Below the pieces are notes generated by a model, which saw nothing but the letters and a program-made list of their open reading frames with translations, searched no databases and had not been told where the DNA came from. DNA of 64,000 bases from Octopus bimaculoides (lineage: Eukaryota), in assembly GCF_001194135.2 (NCBI RefSeq), contig NC_068999.1:13645766-13709765 (forward strand), given 5' to 3'. Made by a program: the position numbers and the translations under genes. This document shows, piece by piece, positions 24,810 to 39,203 of this stretch. How positions within the stretch are numbered: position 1 is the stretch's first letter; the number at the start of each line of letters is the position of its first letter.

Positions 24810-27017
24810 CGGGGTTGTTTCTCGGAGGTCACTAAGTCTACACAGACTTCGCAACAGAGAAGTGGAGTTGTCACTGTTCTTGCATTTGAAAAAACAAACA
24901 CCAGTGAATATTTATTTTAGAACCATTAGTTTCTTCTATAAGCATCCATTTCCAACTGATACATAACGATGACTTGCATCATTTAGTATCTTCCCGTAAA
25001 CCTCACAAAGCTTTTGACCTTCCAGGATGTATAGTAGACGACAATCAATTACGCTCTGCGTAGATTTGGGCCAGATTCTACATGGTCTTTAAGTAAGCCT
25101 CAACTTTGCGCCTATCCAATAAAATGTTCGCAATTTATCAACTGGAGCTAGAGACATGTATAATATTCGCTTAAATTACATTTTCTCGCAGATGTGAGCT
25201 ATCATCTCAGGTATATATTTCCACACATAACTTGTAATAAATTTAAGATTACGATTTTGACCTATGTATATTCATGATGTATCAGCTATACGAACAAACG
25301 TTTACCAGAGTATGTTACATGTTCGATAACAATAAAATATATACTTTTATATTTAATGTAGTTGCACAAAGAATAGTATTCACGCTAAAAAATATCATTC
25401 AAAGCAAACATCACCGAAATAAATTAACTTATTCTAGGATATCGTCTTAATTTTCCACAGATAGTTGATATATTTCCATTAAAAATATTATATATCAATA
25501 ATATCCGAATAAACAGTTTCCATGTTTTCTCCAGTCACGTTCAATATCGTATTGACACGGAAGGAGAGTGAAAGCGAGATAGAGAGAGAGAGTTAACTTA
25601 ACAGCTGTAGGTTGAGAATGCATACACGTTTCACACGCAGCGAAAGGTTATTATCCAGCGAGGAACGGAGAACGTTTAAATGAGAAACAATGATATGAGT
25701 GGTAAGAGAAATGAGAAATTTGTTTTATTTTATGGTATGTCTACATAAGAAATAGTTTTCGTCGGAAAATGTGTATATGAGTTCCATCATATTTATGAGT
25801 TATAATCAGGACGAAAGGTCACTGCATAATTATTATGTATATTTCATAACTCGTACTATTATCTGTATTATCAAAAGTATTTTTATACTTATTCACAATC
25901 TGGCATGTAAATCCTTATTGTACGAAAGTATGAAATTCCTTAACGTAAATCCTCTGAAATAGTTTCATTTCATTTTACAGAATTACAAACACAAACATGT
26001 TGAAATTTTCATCTATCCATATAAGATGTCCTTATGATTAGCGACATAAATGAAAAAACCTATCTGATAATCGATGTAAGAACTCACTGGTATATTGATT
26101 CCAATTGTCAAGAAACTCGCGACATGCTACCAGGTATATGGTGAATCATCAAGAAAATTATTAAGAAATCGTTTCTCATAAATTCCAAAAACAAAAGCAA
26201 TTTCATCAGTGACATATAATTTTACAAGCTACTTATATATTTCTTAAATAGCTGATTAAATACACCGAAATATTATTATATAGTTTGTTTTTTCTTTCCT
26301 TGATCATGATTTAAATCAATCTGTTCATTGATTAAATGAAAGAAACTTTGGAAGTTTTTCGTGGCAGGTGCAAAGGCTGCACTAACTTATATGCAATTTC
26401 CCACGCATCCTATATTTCGAAACAATACCAGCAAAAGTCTGAAATTTGTTGAGAATATACACACGACAATATGAAATTATCTTCATCACGCAGCATTGTA
26501 TAAATTTCAATAGCTAATGATTTTGTATTATATGACTGGCTCTATAGAAAACTTCCAAAAACAATTTGACAGCCATCTGTGGATATTATGAATGCTCTCA
26601 GCAATATTATGTGACAAGTTATACTTCAATTATCCTATTGTTTATTTTATAATTTTTTAACCGATTGTAAACGTGAACTGGCTATAATCGTGGATGCTTA
26701 CAACACTTTCATATGTTCAGATGTGCGTGATTTCTTTTAACCTCAAGGAAGCAACAGTGTTGACATTAAATACACAAAGCCAATAAGATACTATCAATGA
26801 CAGCAGGAGACAAACGTCAGTGGCATCATGACCATGAATACCCACTGAATATATAAACATCAGAAAACGCCAAAGTATTGCTTCCTTCAATGCAGCCAGA
26901 GATAAATGTCGAAAAGATTCCCTTGAATTTAACATCTCAAACAGAACCAAGACACGCACGTACACGTCCATACACACACACACGCAAGCACACACATACA
27001 CACACATACATATATAT

Positions 27018-27058
<41 letters not shown>

Positions 27059-28544
27059 NNNNNNNNNNNNNNNNNNNNNNNNNNNNNNNNNNNNNNNNNN
27101 NNNNNNNNNNNNNNNNNNNNNNNNNNNNNNNNNNNNNNNNNNNNNNNNNNNNNNNNNNNNNNNNNNNNNNNNNNNNNNNNNNNNNNNNNNNNNNNNNNNN
27201 NNNNNNNNNNNNNNNNNNNNNNNNNNNNNNNNNNNNNNNNNNNNNNNNNNNNNNNNNNNNNNNNNNNNNNNNNNNNNNNNNNNNNNNNNNNNNNNNNNNN
27301 NNNNNNNNNNNNNNNNNNNNNNNNNNNNNNNNNNNNNNNNNNNNNNNNNNNNNNNNNNNNNNNNNNNNNNNNNNNNNNNNNNNNNNNNNNNNNNNNNNNN
27401 NNNNNNNNNNNNNNNNNNNNNNNNNNNNNNNNNNNNNNNNNNNNNNNNNNNNNNNNNNNNNNNNNNNNNNNNNNNNNNNNNNNNNNNNNNNNNNNNNNNN
27501 NNNNNNNNNNNNNNNNNNNNNNNNNNNNNNNNNNNNNNNNNNNNNNNNNNNNNNNNNNNNNNNNNNNNNNNATATATATATCATTCTATTTTGTTAGGAG
27601 TTCAAAATATGCTTTCACTTTCACTATATTTTATCTTGGATAAAATTTCTCGCCATAGAAAAGTCAATGTGAATACACTGAGTCACATCAGAGCGTTCTC
27701 CAAAAAGATGCATTCTTCTCGGAGTGGTTATCTCCTCTTCACCAAAAGACACTGGAAATACAGACGCTGTGAACTGACTCCATGGACAGGATTTTCTTTG
27801 ATATTCACATCATCATTCAATTACTGTTTGCACTAATCAATCACACATCGAGCATTAAATACGGAGTGACAACGCTAGTAAGTTATATGTATAAATACAA
27901 GTTGTTACCATCTAGCATATGCTTCAGACGTATCAATCTCGTAAGAAATCCATTCCTTATAATTTGTCATAAAGTAAATTTCACGCTGTACACAAATAGG
28001 TGTAAGTCTACAGCGAGGAGATTTGTCCAAGTGAAAACACAATGAGTGACTTTCGGTTTCGAATATACCTCAAGCATATTTGAAATCATAGCAAGATTGC
28101 TTTCATATACATCACTGCTTCGTGGTTTCACCCGTATTTTCTTTTCGCTGAACCTCATAATAGTGCAACTAGTTATTGTGAATTCCCATTTCTGACTTGG
28201 CTTCTTTTAGTGAGCATAAGATAACCGCTCTGAAATGTACGCATCATGCAATCTCGTTAAGGGGTGTTATGGACTGATTCGGAGTATACAGGTTGCACAA
28301 ACTTATGAATCTACAACCTCAAGCATTTAAAAGCCCATAGGTCAGGTTTCATATCCGAACATGCAAAACTAAACATGTACACAGCGAAACATGAGTGAAA
28401 TAAAGGATACACATGTAAACACACACACACACAAATACATGCACGTATACGTGCTTATGTGTGTGTGTTTGCGTGTGTGTGCTTGTGTGGGTATCTATGT
28501 ATGTATATATGTGAACACAACTGCATACATATGCATGCGTCTGG

Positions 28545-28740
28545 AAGCAGTGAGGTGGCAAAATCGTTAGCACGCAGGTCAAAATCTTTAGCGGGTTTTC
28601 GTCTGTCTTCGCTTTTGTAGTTCAAATTCTGTCGAGGTTTACATTGCCTTTCATCGTTTCGGTATAGATAAACGAAATAAAACTTGAGCACGGATTTTGC
28701 TGTTACCGATTCATCACCTCCCCTCCAGTGCTAGTAATAT
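28545..28740 (+). mobile_element. Degenerate tRNA-derived SINE (gtcgactttgcctttcatcc-core family)
   Basis: gaggtggcaaaatcgttagcacgcagg...ttagcgggttttcgtctgtc...gttcaaattctgtcgaggtttacattgcctttcatc. Confidence 0.78.
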
Positions 28741-31347
28741 CTCAAAATTTGAAGCTAATGTATATATATATATATATATATATATAAGTGTGTGTGTGTG
28801 TGTGTGTGTGTGTTTACGAACCTGAAGTATTTTCCAAATCTTTCAACATTAATTTCCACTGTTGGCTTTGTTGTTGTTGCTGTTCCAGTTGTTGCTCTTG
28901 CTGTTGTTGCTGCTGCTGTAACTGGTGTTGCTGCTATTGTAGTTGGTGTTGCAACGACACCACGGATGCCAGGAAGCGCTCTTTTTTAAAACAATATTCT
29001 TTGTTTTCGTACCAAAAAAAAATTTTTTTTAAGTCCAACGCAAGCTTCGAACGACTCTTCGCTACTTTTATATCCTGGTGTTGGATAAATAATATAGCAA
29101 AGCAGGGAGGAACAAAGTACATATTCGAGGTCCTATTATTACTATTACACGAGACTCAATGCTCTATATCGCGCCTACCATTGAACTGTTTAGCAACGCG
29201 AGATGCCGATCGCTCACAGTCCTCTGTTTTATAACAGTGATTCAGTCCACCTTTAGTCACTTTGTGAGGGGTCGAAATTCTTCCACGGCAATATGTTTCT
29301 TCAGAATTACTCAATAATTTCATTAAACAATTGACAAAATTCACAACAATAAAGAGTTTGAAGCATTCAGCGTTTCGTCAAGCTGTAGCAAATCACAACT
29401 TAGAATAACATTTGCAATTATTTCTTGTGAGATTACACAAACTTTTACTTAACATATTTTGTTATCGAATGTTATATAATACAATTTAACGCACAAACTG
29501 GAATTTTATGCCATCAAATATTGACAGCATTTCAGATAGAGGTCGACAAATATAAAAAGACATTATTGCAGTTATCAAGTCAACACGCAAAGGCAATATT
29601 CTTGGAACTTTCCATTTAAAGATAATTTATATTCTGAGAGAAATTCCTTATAATCAGCAGTGCAGATCTTAAAGCATTTCCTGGAGATGTACGAAATAAT
29701 ATTCTTTCACACCGAACAGTTTCATTAAAGTATCTTCTGTAGCAAACGCCGATATAAAGACACGTTTTCCTGTCTGTATACATCCTGCTTTTGTTTTCGT
29801 GTGAGAGCGTACATGGTTGGTTTTGCTCACATTAAATCATTCGTCAGGTAAATAAACCTTTACATCCAAAAATATGTAGTATTGCGACAAAAGGTAATTT
29901 TATGTATATTGATATGGATTGGTTTCGTTACTTTATATTCATAGAAACATCTTTTCTCACATTCTAATTAAAACAGCATCTTATGTTTGACGCCGATAAG
30001 CAACACAACTATTCAATTTCCATCACGAACAGTTCAAACAATATACGAAGGCGAATACGTATCGATGGTTTCCGCATTCACTAGTCGGCAAATATTTCCT
30101 GTCAAACTTACCATAGACAAAAGGAATGTGCAATTGTAAGTGCGCATACATTACACATTCGTACACAGGAACTGAAAACACATTACCGCGGTCATGCAAT
30201 TCAACACGTTTTGAAAGTTACACACCCTGAAATATACTGAACTCAAACAGATTAAATCCATGATTGTAAATTAATTATGCGTACATATATATCGTCATCA
30301 TTCGGACGCATTACAGAAGAGCAAATCCAACTGACAATCACTCTATCGGACTTTGAAGAGAATTCCCCTAAAGTCACAGATATAAAAAATGGATTTTGAG
30401 TATAAGTTACCGAAGAAAGGGAAACATTACTGACCTAAACGCATTCTGATGAAAAGGAAAACATCGTAAATATACTAAGGTAAACTACATCATCTAACAT
30501 AGCGACTAGCATAATAATTTGAGAGATACGGCTCTTTAATAGCATAACAAAAGATATAATATGCTAAACTTCATTCTACCAACATATATTTGTATTTAGA
30601 ATTCATTCCAGGGCACAGCCATCGATACAAAATGGGGCACAATTAAAATATATCGAGGTCTCAAACGAAAAGGTTGTTAAAATAAAAGCGCAAGCACATC
30701 CATAGCAACGTCAGCAACAGAAAAACATGGCCCAAAGAAGATCAAAAAACAAAATGGCAAACAATACCTCCGATAAGTTCAGATAGAGAAAAAAACACGA
30801 ATTATTTGATACATCCCAATATCAACGATCGTAAAATGTGGCATAGGAAATAGATACAAGTACAAATAATTTGCTCATTTATCAATACTGGAAGCCAGCC
30901 AGTAACAAAAGCCGACAGGCATAAGAAAACAGTACATCCACAAATATGTAATAGACATCGTTGTGATCGAAAACACTCTTTTACACAAGAGAATTGCAAA
31001 CACTTGCGACGTATCACGTACAAACACAACATGATACTATAAGCATTTCACTCTACATTTCTGTCTTCTTTCCTCAATGGGAGACTGTAAAGTTACAAAA
31101 CATAAAAACATAAATACTTCTGTGCGTTAAGGAGTATGTGTTTGTATGTTTGTACATACACACAAGCAAGCACGTTCACACACGCATTGATCCATACATA
31201 TATATGCGTGAATGTATGTATGTACGTGTCTACGTATGCATGTATATGCGTTAATGTTTTTGAGATATTTTCATAGTTCCCTTTCAATACTCGATGCACC
31301 CACGTTACGGCAGCAGGCTCAAGGAACAACGACAACGCCCAACTCAC

Positions 31348-31421
31348 CACTTCAATAGAAGCAATACTGGAAAAAAATCTCAGGACGCAGTTTAGGCGGT
31401 GCACCAAAAGGGCCTCAACTT
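31348..31421 (-). CDS. Candidate 74-nt internal exon (xVEALLVHRLNCVLRFFSSIASIEV)
   Basis: Acceptor gatttttcaaccag, donor GTG|GTGAGT, open frame phase 1 to 0. No homology recognised. Confidence 0.25.
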
Positions 31422-31586
31422 CTGGTTGAAAAATCATATGAGATACATGATAAAACATTAATTGTGTGTGTGTGTACATATATAGTTGCAGCGTGGATAG
31501 TGTTTATAAGTCATTTAAAAACAAAGAAAAAACCGTGAGATTCACTTCAACATTTAATACCAATTTTTAAAATATTTTCGTCGCAT

Positions 31587-31850
31587 TATTGTCTGATCAA
31601 TAATTATCCAGACTTTTGCTATAATAACAAAACTAAAAGCACGGAGAGTGAAGCTGCTTGACACAGGTTTACCGTGGCCTCTGCTATGCAGACGCACAAA
31701 GTTTTATCGATCTTGCTCTCTTCCACTGTTTATATCAGGAAGGAAAGTGTGTAGCGTGTGATCATCGCATTGATCATGACAGATTAATTGATCAGAGAAT
31801 AGGGATCAAATTATGCAAAATGATTGGGGAAACATGCTCAGAGGCCTACA
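31587..31850 (+). mobile_element. Mariner left end (TIR-like sequence, 5' UTR, start of transposase)
   Basis: gtctgatcaataattatccagact resembles a mariner terminus; DQRIGIKLCKMIGETCSEAYT resembles EQR.CIKFC.KLGKT..E. Homologous to the minus-strand copy at 31850-32460. Confidence 0.75.
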
Positions 31851-32460
31851 CACAATTTTCTAAAAGTTTTCCTCGTTCTCAACACAATAAAGTCCTAGTG
31901 CAATTGAAACCCGGTTGTTCTTTTGTTCAACTTAAAGCAGTATTGACACAAACTTGGCAAACACGCGTCTCATACACAAATCTTCAGTGATAAAGAACAG
32001 AATTAAACTGTAACGAATCTGCACATTCTATGATAACTCACGGATGAAGCTTCTACAGTTTCTATTCAGCTTCACGCAGATCTGCGATGTTTTGCTCAGT
32101 TCTTCTCGTTGCGGGTTTCTTAGAACGTTTGGCAATATCGATGGCTTTTCGGCCTTCTTGGATAATTCTGAACCGCTTGTAAACTTGAGTGCGGCTCATA
32201 CACTCCTCTTCATGCACTTTTTGCAAATATGCGTAGGCCACTGAGCAGGTATGACCATGATATCTTTCTCTGCCATAGTCACTGCGATGTTCCCACGCTT
32301 CACATCTTCCTCCCAAGCAATGCTGTAAACAGCTAGAGCGGTAAAACGTAGTCCGCATGCTCAGCAAATTTCAAGGGCAATCTTTGACAAGCTGCTTTAG
32401 CCTGTGTGCTTCAGCTCACTCAATGTTGGAACAGACCGGATATTTATTGATCCAAACCTA
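31850..32460 (-). mobile_element. Mariner left half (TIR to just before the first catalytic D)
   Basis: Terminus taggtttggatcaataaatatccggtct; AYLQKVHEEECMSRTQVYKRF...EGRKAIDIAKRSKKPATRRTEQNI (HTH region); TEDLCMRRVFAKFV; ENEENFLEN. Confidence 0.88.
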
Positions 32461-33509
32461 TACATGCATACATGTACATACACACACACACACATGCACA
32501 TACACATACATATATNNNNNNNNNNNNNNNNNNNNNNNNNNNNNNNNNNNNNNNNNNNNNNNNNNNNNNNNNNNNNNNNNNNNNNNNNNNNNNNNNNNNN
32601 NNNNNNNNNNNNNNNNNNNNNNNNNNNNNNNNNNNNNNNNNNNNNNNNNNNNNNNNNNNNNNNNNNNNNNNNNNNNNNNNNNNNNNNNNNNNNNNNNNNN
32701 NNNNNNNNNNNNNNNNNNNNNNNNNNNNNNNNNNNNNNNNNNNNNNNNNNNNNNNNNNNNNNNNNNNNNNNNNNNNNNNNNNNNNNNNNNNNNNNNNNNN
32801 NNNNNNNNNNNNNNNNNNNNNNNNNNNNNNNNNNNNNNNNNNNNNNNNNNNNNNNNNNNNNNNNNNNNNNNNNNNNNNNNNNNNNNNNNNNNNNNNNNNN
32901 NNNNNNNNNNNNNNNNNNNNNNNNNNNNNNNNNNNNNNNNNNNNNNNNNNNNNNNNNNNNNNNNNNNNNNNNNNNNNNNNNNNNNNNNNNNNNNNNNNNN
33001 NNNNNNNNNNNNNNNNNNNNNNNNNNNNNNNNNNNNNNNNNNNNNNNNNNNNNNNNNNNNNNNNNNNNNNNNNNNNNNNNNNNNNNNNNNNNNNNNNNNN
33101 NNNNNNNNNNNNNNNNNNNNNNNNNNNNNNNNNNNNNNNNNNNNNNNNNNNNNNNNNNNNNNNNNNNNNNNNNNNNNNNNNNNNNNNNNNNNNNNNNNNN
33201 NNNNNNNNNNNNNNNNNNNNNNNNNNNNNNNNNNNNNNNNNNNNNNNNNNNNNNNNNNNNNNNNNNNNNNNNNNNNNNNNNNNNNNNNNNNNNNNNNNNN
33301 NNNNNNNNNNNNNNNNNNNNNNNNNNNNNNNNNNNNNNNNNNNNNNNNNNNNNNNNNNNNNNNNNNNNNNNNNNNNNNNNNNNNNNNNNNNNNNNNNNNN
33401 NNNNNNNNNNNNNNNNNNNNNNNNNNNNNNNNNNNNNNNNNNNNNNNNNNNNNNNNNNNNNNNNNNNNNNNNNNNNNNNNNNNNNNNNNNNNNNNNNNNN
33501 NNNNNNNNN

Positions 33510-33559
<50 letters not shown>

Positions 33560-34857
33560 TGATATATAGAAATACGCATCCACACACTCACCACCGCCCC
33601 AATTTTACACACAGATACACACACATGTATACAATTACGTGCCATTCTTATATATAGACATATATATTCGGAAAGCAGTTAAATTATTATCCTATATTAG
33701 AATATATTTTGTGAAAACGCTAGAAAACGGCATACAACACATTCACCACATCTTGCACTCAGATAGAGCACGATTTCAAGAATAGCCTGTGCGGATATGC
33801 GATTTCCTTTGATTAACTCAAATTGCTCGTGTATTAGCCGTTGTATATACGATTAGGTATAAAATTACATATATATTTCTTCTGAGTGCTAGAGAATAGT
33901 TATAACGTATGCTAGCGTGTTACGATTTTCCGTTTGGACTTACACAACGGACAGTAAATATCAGGAACCTATTATTGAGTAAAATCTAATTAACGAATCT
34001 TATATTCGCATATTCACTGATCTTAGAATGGAAATCTGTATGTATTTTAATAATTTCGTAATGAATTGCAATGCATGACCTGTGATAACTATTTTACAGA
34101 TCATCATCATTGTAAAAAATGATTTTTTTTTTTCCGAAAAAAAACAAGAACATAATTATCCAGCATTTTCACCTTTCACGTATCCTTCGCTGAACACATG
34201 AGCAGTATAATTTTAATGCAGCTAAATTCTTTGAATACGTATGTGGTAAGCGGCATGTTTATTTTCGTAAGGATGTGGTTTCTTCCTATTTCTGATGCTT
34301 GCGTTTGTATTGCTTAGGCGATTAGTTAGTTTTGTTACAGAGTTTAGCTGCACATCTCTCATCACATTTGCTATTATTGTTGATCATGTTACAAGTCCGG
34401 TTATATATGCGATTATTTCATCTTTTGCGCTTCTTGGCACTACCTCCTGATTTCACTTTACGCCTCCATTTATTAGTAGCATTCCCTGCGCTTTTAGATA
34501 CCACGGTTCCATTCGTATATTTATCGTTCCCCAAGCTCTATAGTGACCTATCCCTGTAACCTGTTTCTGCTAGCGCATTATATAATGTTCGTCGTTTTAC
34601 AAAAGAACTCCGCAATGAAGGAAACATTTTGAGATTCTGGTCGCAATGTTATGGACAATATATTCAGTGACATTTTGGTGGGGTGATTACTATTAAAATT
34701 GATACGGTTGAGGTTATCATTGAGTATGGTTTGTTATTGATTTTCTCACGTACACATACCCGAGTTAACGATCAAGAATGTAACGCTCAATAACCTGCAT
34801 TATAACCGAGTGTCCTTATGGTACCCGCCTGGATTCTTTACTTTTATATGTCCATTA

Positions 34858-34944
34858 TCTAATATATAAATCCTGTTCTGTAAGCCTGTTTGTGTGCTTA
34901 TAACTCGCAGTAGTGAGCAAGGTTTGCTGTTTGCGCTTCATGTC

Positions 34945-34976
<32 letters not shown>

Positions 34977-35285
34977 NNNNNNNNNNNNNNNNNNNNNNNN
35001 NNNNNNNNNNNNNNNNNNNNNNNNNNNNNNNNNNNNNNNNNNNNNNNNNNNNNNNNNNNNNNNNNNNNNNNNNNNNNNNNNNNNNNNNNNNNNNNNNNNN
35101 NNNNNNNNNNNNNNNNNNNNNNNNNNNNNNNNNNNNNNNNNNNNNNNNNNNNNNNNNNNNNNNNNNNNNNNNNNNNNNNNNNNNNNNNNNNNNNNNNNNN
35201 NNNNNNNTATATATACCTATATATGCATATATATATACATGTATAGATATATATATATATATAGGTGTGGCGGGATGCATTTAGT
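34858..35285 (+). mobile_element. Possible non-autonomous Helitron spanning an assembly gap
   Basis: A|TCTAATATATAAATCC...CTGTTTGTGTG resembles a Helitron 5' end; a degenerate GC-rich segment plus TTAG|T follows the gap. Weak. Confidence 0.25.
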
Positions 35286-38200
35286 GATGAAAAAGGCTCA
35301 ACAATACCCAATATAAATATGTATTATGAGTATTATTACAATAAATATTATCAAGTAATATTCTTTTTTTTATTTTTGGCAATAAGATAATAATATAACA
35401 AGATGATATATTTGAAACCTATTGATTATAAAGAATGATAAGATTAATAGTTTCACTAATATATGTACAACGTATACCAGCTGCAACCTTATATTAATAT
35501 CATCTGATGTCAATATATTTTATTACCACATTACAGAGTTTGAGAATAGCGTATTACTTCCTTTCATAATTTTGCATAAACCTTCATGGCTTCTTCACTA
35601 AATATTGATACAAATATGTTAAATAATTGCTCTAAACAACATGATATATTAGGTTATTTCTCATATAATTGATTCGGTATGTATTGAAACTGGTTCAAGG
35701 GCAATTAATTGGATATTGAAATATTCATCAACCCTAAACTTCCATAAGCAACAAGCAACTCATTTACATTAATGTGCTTTAAAAATATCATCTTAACGTT
35801 AAGGGAATATGTCGTTTTATTACATGTGTAATAGATTATTGTATCGTGTACTGCTATTGAAATTGAAAACGATGGAATTTTTAAGCTTGTTTATTGTTAT
35901 TATAGAAAACAATCAGTTATATATAATGAGATATTTAGATATCAGAATAATTCTGATTGTATATTTAAATTTTGTTATATTTTCTATCGTTTCAAAAGTC
36001 GACAATGTGAAGATATATAGAATATTACAAAACCAATCATCATAAATGTATTGAGAAAAGAAACACAAATGTTTGATTAAGGAATCAGGCAATTGTTTAT
36101 GCTTAAGTCAACACGAAATTATATGTGTGTTTGTGTGTGCATGCGTGTGAGGATATGTGTGTGCTTCTAAGTGCTAAGTGAGTTTACGTGTGTATGCGTA
36201 TGTGTGTATTTTGGTGCTCTAACGTGTGTGTGAGCGTGTGTGTATTGCTGCTTACATGATCATTGACTTTTGTCTCATTTTTCAATCAGTCATTTGTGTT
36301 TTCTTATCAATAAAGATTTCNNNNNNNNNNNNNNNNNNNNNNNNNNNNNNNNNNNNNNNNNNNNNNNNNNNNNNNNNNNNNNNNNNNNNNNNNNNNNNNN
36401 NNNNNNNNNNNNNNNNNNNNNNNNNNNNNNNNNNNNNNNNNNNNNNNNNNNNNNNNNNNNNNNNNNNNNNNNNNNNNNNNNNNNNNNNNNNNNNNNNNNN
36501 NNNNNNNNNNNNNNNNNNNNNNNNNNNNNNNNNNNNNNNNNNNNNNNNNNNNNNNNNNNNNNNNNNNNNNNNNNNNNNNNNNNNNNNNNNNNNNNNNNNN
36601 NNNNNNNNNNNNNNNNNNNNNNNNNNNNNNNNNNNNNNNNNNNNNNNNNNNNNNNNNNNNNNNNNNNNNNNNNNNNNNNNNNNNNNNNNNNNNNNNNNNN
36701 NNNNNNNNNNNNNNNNNNNNNNNNNNNNNNNNNNNNNNNNNNNNNNNNNNNNNNNNNNNNNNNNNNNNNNNNNNNNNNNNNNNNNNNNNNNNNNNNNNNN
36801 NNNNNNNNNNNNNNNNNNNNNNNNNNNNNNNNNNNNNNNNNNNNNNNNNNNNNNNNNNNNNNNNNNNNNNNNNNNNNNNNNNNNNNNNNNNNNNNNNNNN
36901 NNNNNNNNNNNNNNNNNNNNNNNNNNNNNNNNNNNNNNNNNNNNNNNNNNNNNNNNNNNNNNNNNNNNNNNNNNNNNNNNNNNNNNNNNNNNNNNNNNNN
37001 NNNNNNNNNNNNNNNNAAAAAAAAAAAATAGTAATACAATAATAGAAAGTAATGCGATATAAAGCATCAGAATGGCAACTACGTTCTCAAGTTCTGATAA
37101 AAATGTGAAATAACTATCTAAATATTCGCAGCACTATTGTTCATTTTTAATATTTTTCAGCGTTATTGGATTGGCCCTGCTGAAAACAGTATTTAATACA
37201 GAACCGTGAACATTATATACTATCCTCATATGCTTTCAGTATAACTTTCATCAATTCATGCTATGGTTTTCATGTGATATTACCGGAAACTTAAAAAAAA
37301 AAAAAGACCGTAATAATGTATTTTGAAAAAAATGTAATCTAGATGTTAAGACTTTTTCTTTAATAATGTATATGACACTGAACGCGATACATAATGCCAA
37401 CAATAAAAAACTACAAAATACAAGAGTAATACACACACACAAGCACACGCATATGCATACTCTCTCATTCTCTAACGCACACACATGAACGCACATTCAC
37501 TCCTTCTCTCTATCTCTCTCTCTCATGCACACACGTACACACTCTCTGTCAAACAAACCCATATACCTATCTCTATCTATCTATCTGGCTACGTAGACAT
37601 ATATATGTTTGTGAGTGTACATGAAAAAAAAATTGATTTAAAAATATGCTTATAAAAGTTCCTTGCTTATTCCAGAATTGAAAAGAAGTTTATAGTCTTC
37701 CCACACATAAATTTATTTATTTGCTCTCACAGACAAAATTTTGTTTACGGCCAACTAATGTACAGTCTTAAGAAAAATCCTGAATATTGCAATGGATATT
37801 TTGTGACAAAAAAAAAAATAACAAATTCAATTTAAAAAAAAAGTATACTAGCAACACGTATTTCAGCCAGAAGGTTAAACATAGATTCAATTTCATATTA
37901 ATTGCATATTAATTATAAAAGATATAAGAAGTGCATAAGAGTTTTCAAAATTCATTTCTATATTTTACTTTTATTCGTCTTGTAGTATGCGTGCCTTTAC
38001 AAAATATTAGAAACGGAAAGGGATCTCTAAATTTTAAGCATANNNNNNNNNNNNNNNNNNNNNNNNNNNNNNNNNNNNNNNNNNNNNNNNNNNNNNNNNN
38101 NNNNNNNNNNNNNNNNNNNNNNNNNNNNNNNNNNNNNNNNNNNNNNNNNNNNNNNNNNNNNNNNNNNNNNNNNNNNNNNNNNNNNNNNNNNNNNNNNNNN

Positions 38201-39069
38201 NNNNNNNNNNNNNNNNNNNNNNNNNNNNNNNNNNNNNNNNNNNNNNNNNNNNNNNNNNNNNNNNNNNNNNNNNNNNNNNNNNNNNNNNNNNNNNNNNNNN
38301 NNNNNNNNNNNNNNNNNNNNNNNNNNNNNNNNNNNNNNNNNNNNNNNNNNNNNNNNNNNNTATATATATATGTATGTATGTATATATAGAGATTTATTTA
38401 TTTATATTTACGTATCTTTTTGTGTATATCCTTGTGTCTGCGTGCATGGGTGTAAGTCTATGTGTCTGATGTGCTTATATATGTGTCTTTGCACGGGTGC
38501 ATACGTTCCAATACACCTACGTTAATGCTGATGTTTATTTTCAGAACGATATTTATTGAATTGTTCCATACAGAAGAGATAAAAAATGGCATGTTTAATA
38601 TTGCCAATAAATTATTAGATTTCTATGAACAGTTCACTTGATGCAATTATACTGCCTGTTCGTGTAGACTATTGTTATTTATGAATGCATAGTAAGTTGT
38701 TATAGAAATGAATACAGAAGTTAGCATAAAATTAATGTCTTAAACAAAGAGCAGCCGCTAACTGAGATAGCAATGTTTTATATAATAAAGTTTCCTTCTA
38801 ACTCTCTGAAGTTTACAGACATCAAAAGAATTAATTTTCGACGTTAATACTACAAATATACTAAAGTGACTTATGAGCTGAACTAAATATACTGTTGCAG
38901 CAAAGTATGTCCGCTTTTATCATTCATAAATAAATGCGAAACTATTCTACCACCTCCACAAATAAGATGTATATTCATTTATACTCTAGGCACATAGCCC
39001 GAAATTCTTGGGGAGGTGGCCACTCAATTAGATCGATACAGTACGCAGCTGATACTTATGTTATTAACA

Positions 39070-39203
39070 GCCAAAGGATGAAAGTTAAAGTTAAAGTTAA
39101 AGTTAAAGTTGCCCTGGGCGGAATTTGAACTCGGAACGTAAAGGCAGAACAAATACTGCTACGCATTTCGCCCGGTGTGCTAACGTTTCTGCCAGCTCAC
39201 CGC
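39070..39203 (-). mobile_element. tRNA-derived SINE 5' part (same family as 28545 and 42165)
   Basis: Plus text ggcggaatttgaactcggaacgtaa...gcatttcgcccggtgtgctaacgtttctgccagctcaccgc is the reverse complement of the SINE head. Confidence 0.85.

Noticed and set aside
26170-26220. Minus-strand CTGATGA...GAAAC
   Set aside because: No stem pairing around the core.
28960-29290. Locally CpG-richer unique segment with a minus-strand TATAAAAG
   Set aside because: The enrichment is modest and there is no downstream ORF or transcript evidence for a promoter.
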